Position numbers and translations under genes: made by a program. A stretch of 64,000 nt of DNA from Alphaproteobacteria bacterium (GTDB lineage: Bacteria; Pseudomonadota; Alphaproteobacteria; MPNO01; UBA830), in NCBI GenBank assembly GCA_964291215.2, contig OZ219791.1, forward strand, positions 868,593-932,592. Direction: 5' to 3'. The first letter of the stretch is position 1. Every line of letters starts with the position of its first letter. The notes below the pieces were generated by a model, which was not told where the DNA came from, ran no database searches, and worked only from the letters and a program-made list of their open reading frames with translations. Shown in pieces: positions 62,598 through 64,000 of the stretch.

Positions 62598-64000
62598 ACT
62601 GGTAGGATGTCGCCGGGTGAGAGTCCCGGCAGGAAGAGAGGCTAACCACCACTTCCTCCGTGAACCATGCGTCGCGAGGCGAAGCGTTGGGGAACGGCAA
62701 GCGTGGGCTGGGCTATTGAGCCACGAGATACTGCGAACCGGAGTGCCGAGGTCGTGGCCGAAGGCAACACCCTGCGAGCCGCGTTGGTGAGGGGGGCTTC
62801 GCGGGGTCTGAGAACCATGGCCGAAGCAGGGACCTGGGAGGTCTTGCCCCACTGTCGTAGAGGGGTCGCAGAGGAAATTCCGTAAACCGATGATGAACGA
62901 GAAGTCAGATTCGGCGTGCAGCGAGTCTAGCTGCTGTACTTGCGGGTGTGAGTCCCGCCGGCGCAATTTCCAGTTTGGCGCCGTAGCATTGGTTCAGGGG
63001 TGACCGTGGACCAGCGAGCTGGGATGTAGAAGCCGTTGTGGGCTGGCTGGAACGCAGTGTCCAGCCGGTTCGGTCAGCCAGGGCGGCGAGCAAACCGGAG
63101 GGCCGTAGCGAAAGCGAACGATTGGATGAAGCCCCGAAATTGATTTCCCACATGAAGCTGATTAGTGGGGTAAACGGGAATGCCAAGGGCCTGCCGATAG
63201 CCCGATGGCCAGAGTCGATGCGGAAGAACTGGAGAGCACGCATCGGGTTCCCCGGTGGTAGAGACGGCGGCAATCCGGGACAGTACAGCGGTGAAAGATC
63301 GGAAGGTGAGGAGGACAGACAGGATGAAGTGACCCTTGAATGTCAAGGACCGCGTCTATAACCAGGACTGGGAAAGGACGCGGAGTCCTCCTGACTGGCG
63401 GATGAGGTCGATTAAGCGTTGACGGGCGGGACAACACAACCCGTCCTGAGCGAGGACCTCAGGGCTCAGGTGGCCTGTGCCGCGGTAGGTCAACGCCAGT
63501 GCTCAGAAACTGGCACCGACCGACAAGACCGCGAGGTCGAAGGACGGAGCAAACGCTCGGAGATGCCGTGGGTACGGTTGGGTCAGCCTTGACCATGGCG
63601 CGTCCGGCGGAAGGCTCCGCACCGAACTCCAAGTGGGTGCCTGATGCTTGAACCGGGAAAACCGGACGTACGGAATTTTAGGGAGGCTGCTGGAAACGTG
63701 GTCTATGGTAGTTCAGCGACCCCGCCCGCAATCGAAAGAGCGGTGACGGACAAAGCCTCTGCCTACGGATGCGCGCGCCAGCGGCCTACCCGACCATAGT
63801 ACCGTCGAAGGCGGCGAACAAGGGCTCCTCGGAGCCTGCGGAGCTGCTGGAGGGAAGGGAAATGCGGTTGACCCGCGCCGCGCGCAGAAGCGGGTCACAG
63901 GCGGCGCATACGACAAGTTGCGAAGAGGAATCCGGAAGAGCGTCTTGTGACGTTGCTCCACCACGTGATGTCCTGCACGCGGCGTTTCACTCCTTGAGAA
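62598..64000 (+). mobile_element. Group II intron, 5' part (structured RNA domains plus the start of the RT ORF); 5' boundary unresolved; runs off the window
   Basis: About 1.2 kb has no credible ORF and is rich in local hairpins and GNRA-type loops (GCGAAAGC, GGGAAAACC, CGAAAG, GGAAAC). It is followed by an RT N-terminus typical of bacterial group II intron IEPs. No canonical GUGYG was found. A candidate 5' end is GTGCAGCGAG at 62915. Confidence 0.55.
63862..64000 (+). pseudogene. Group II intron-type reverse transcriptase, extreme N-terminus, frameshifted; partial
   Basis: One frame gives RIRQVAKRNPEERLVTLLHHV and the adjacent frame gives DVLHAAFHSLR. Together they match the ..R.RQ.A.R....RFTALLHHV..DLLR.AF..L.. 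start of intron RTs. A 1-nt shift lies at about 63967. The only ATG (63862) is in the second frame. Confidence 0.55.

Noticed and set aside
62775-62808. A 34-nt segment, GAGCCGCGTTGGTGAGGGGGGCTTCGCGGGGTCT, resembling a group II intron domain V start (GAGCCG..)
   Set aside because: When folded by hand it gives only a 5-bp stem with a 16-nt loop. It has no upper helix with a GNRA loop and no 2-nt bulge, so it is not a domain V.

Overview
High-GC (~65%) alphaproteobacterial chromosome segment. The assignment rests on ccrM, the rnhB-ccrM / mutY / DUF721 / dsbA / smc gene order, and the split F0 operon atpI-atpB-atpE-atpF'-atpF. The window has three zones. (1) 1-12.3 kb is an insertion-sequence graveyard: IS630, a DUF4338/ISAs1-like element, IS66-like, ISAzo13, IS30 and IS256 remnants, including a triple nested insertion. 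It surrounds an intact MFS transporter, a TusA-like gene and tRNA-Gln(UUG). (2) 12.3-40.3 kb is a conserved housekeeping block with uninterrupted genes: ispE, a TPR lipoprotein, ETF-QO, family-4 UDG, an Slt-type lytic transglycosylase, moaB, a GT2/DUF2064 pair, a PA0069-type radical SAM, rnhB, ccrM, mutY, DUF721, a DsbA-like protein, smc and the F0 ATP synthase. Mobile elements puncture it only at two intergenic sites. (3) 40.3-64 kb is an accessory island that begins at an AT-rich junction with DUF4338 and integrase fragments. It carries a family of Fn3/Calx-beta-repeat surface-protein genes with autotransporter-type beta-barrels: one ~5 kb copy with two frameshifts, one truncated paralog and one 3' stub. 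It also holds two RTX calcium-binding repeat proteins, three IS1634-like copies, IS5-family copies, a MITE and the 5' part of a group II intron. Three observations stand out. First, a five-copy IS66-like element family has one copy that keeps a Dam-like adenine methyltransferase translationally coupled to the transposase inside the terminal repeats. Second, deletion derivatives of that element share inactivating lesions yet have distinct 8-bp target duplications, which implies mobilisation in trans. Third, two 15-nt G/C homopolymer tracts sit just upstream of the RTX and autotransporter genes and are phase-variation candidates. Every transposase gene seen is frameshifted or truncated, while all housekeeping genes are intact. 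No CRISPR array, rRNA or recognisable multi-gene defence operon was seen.
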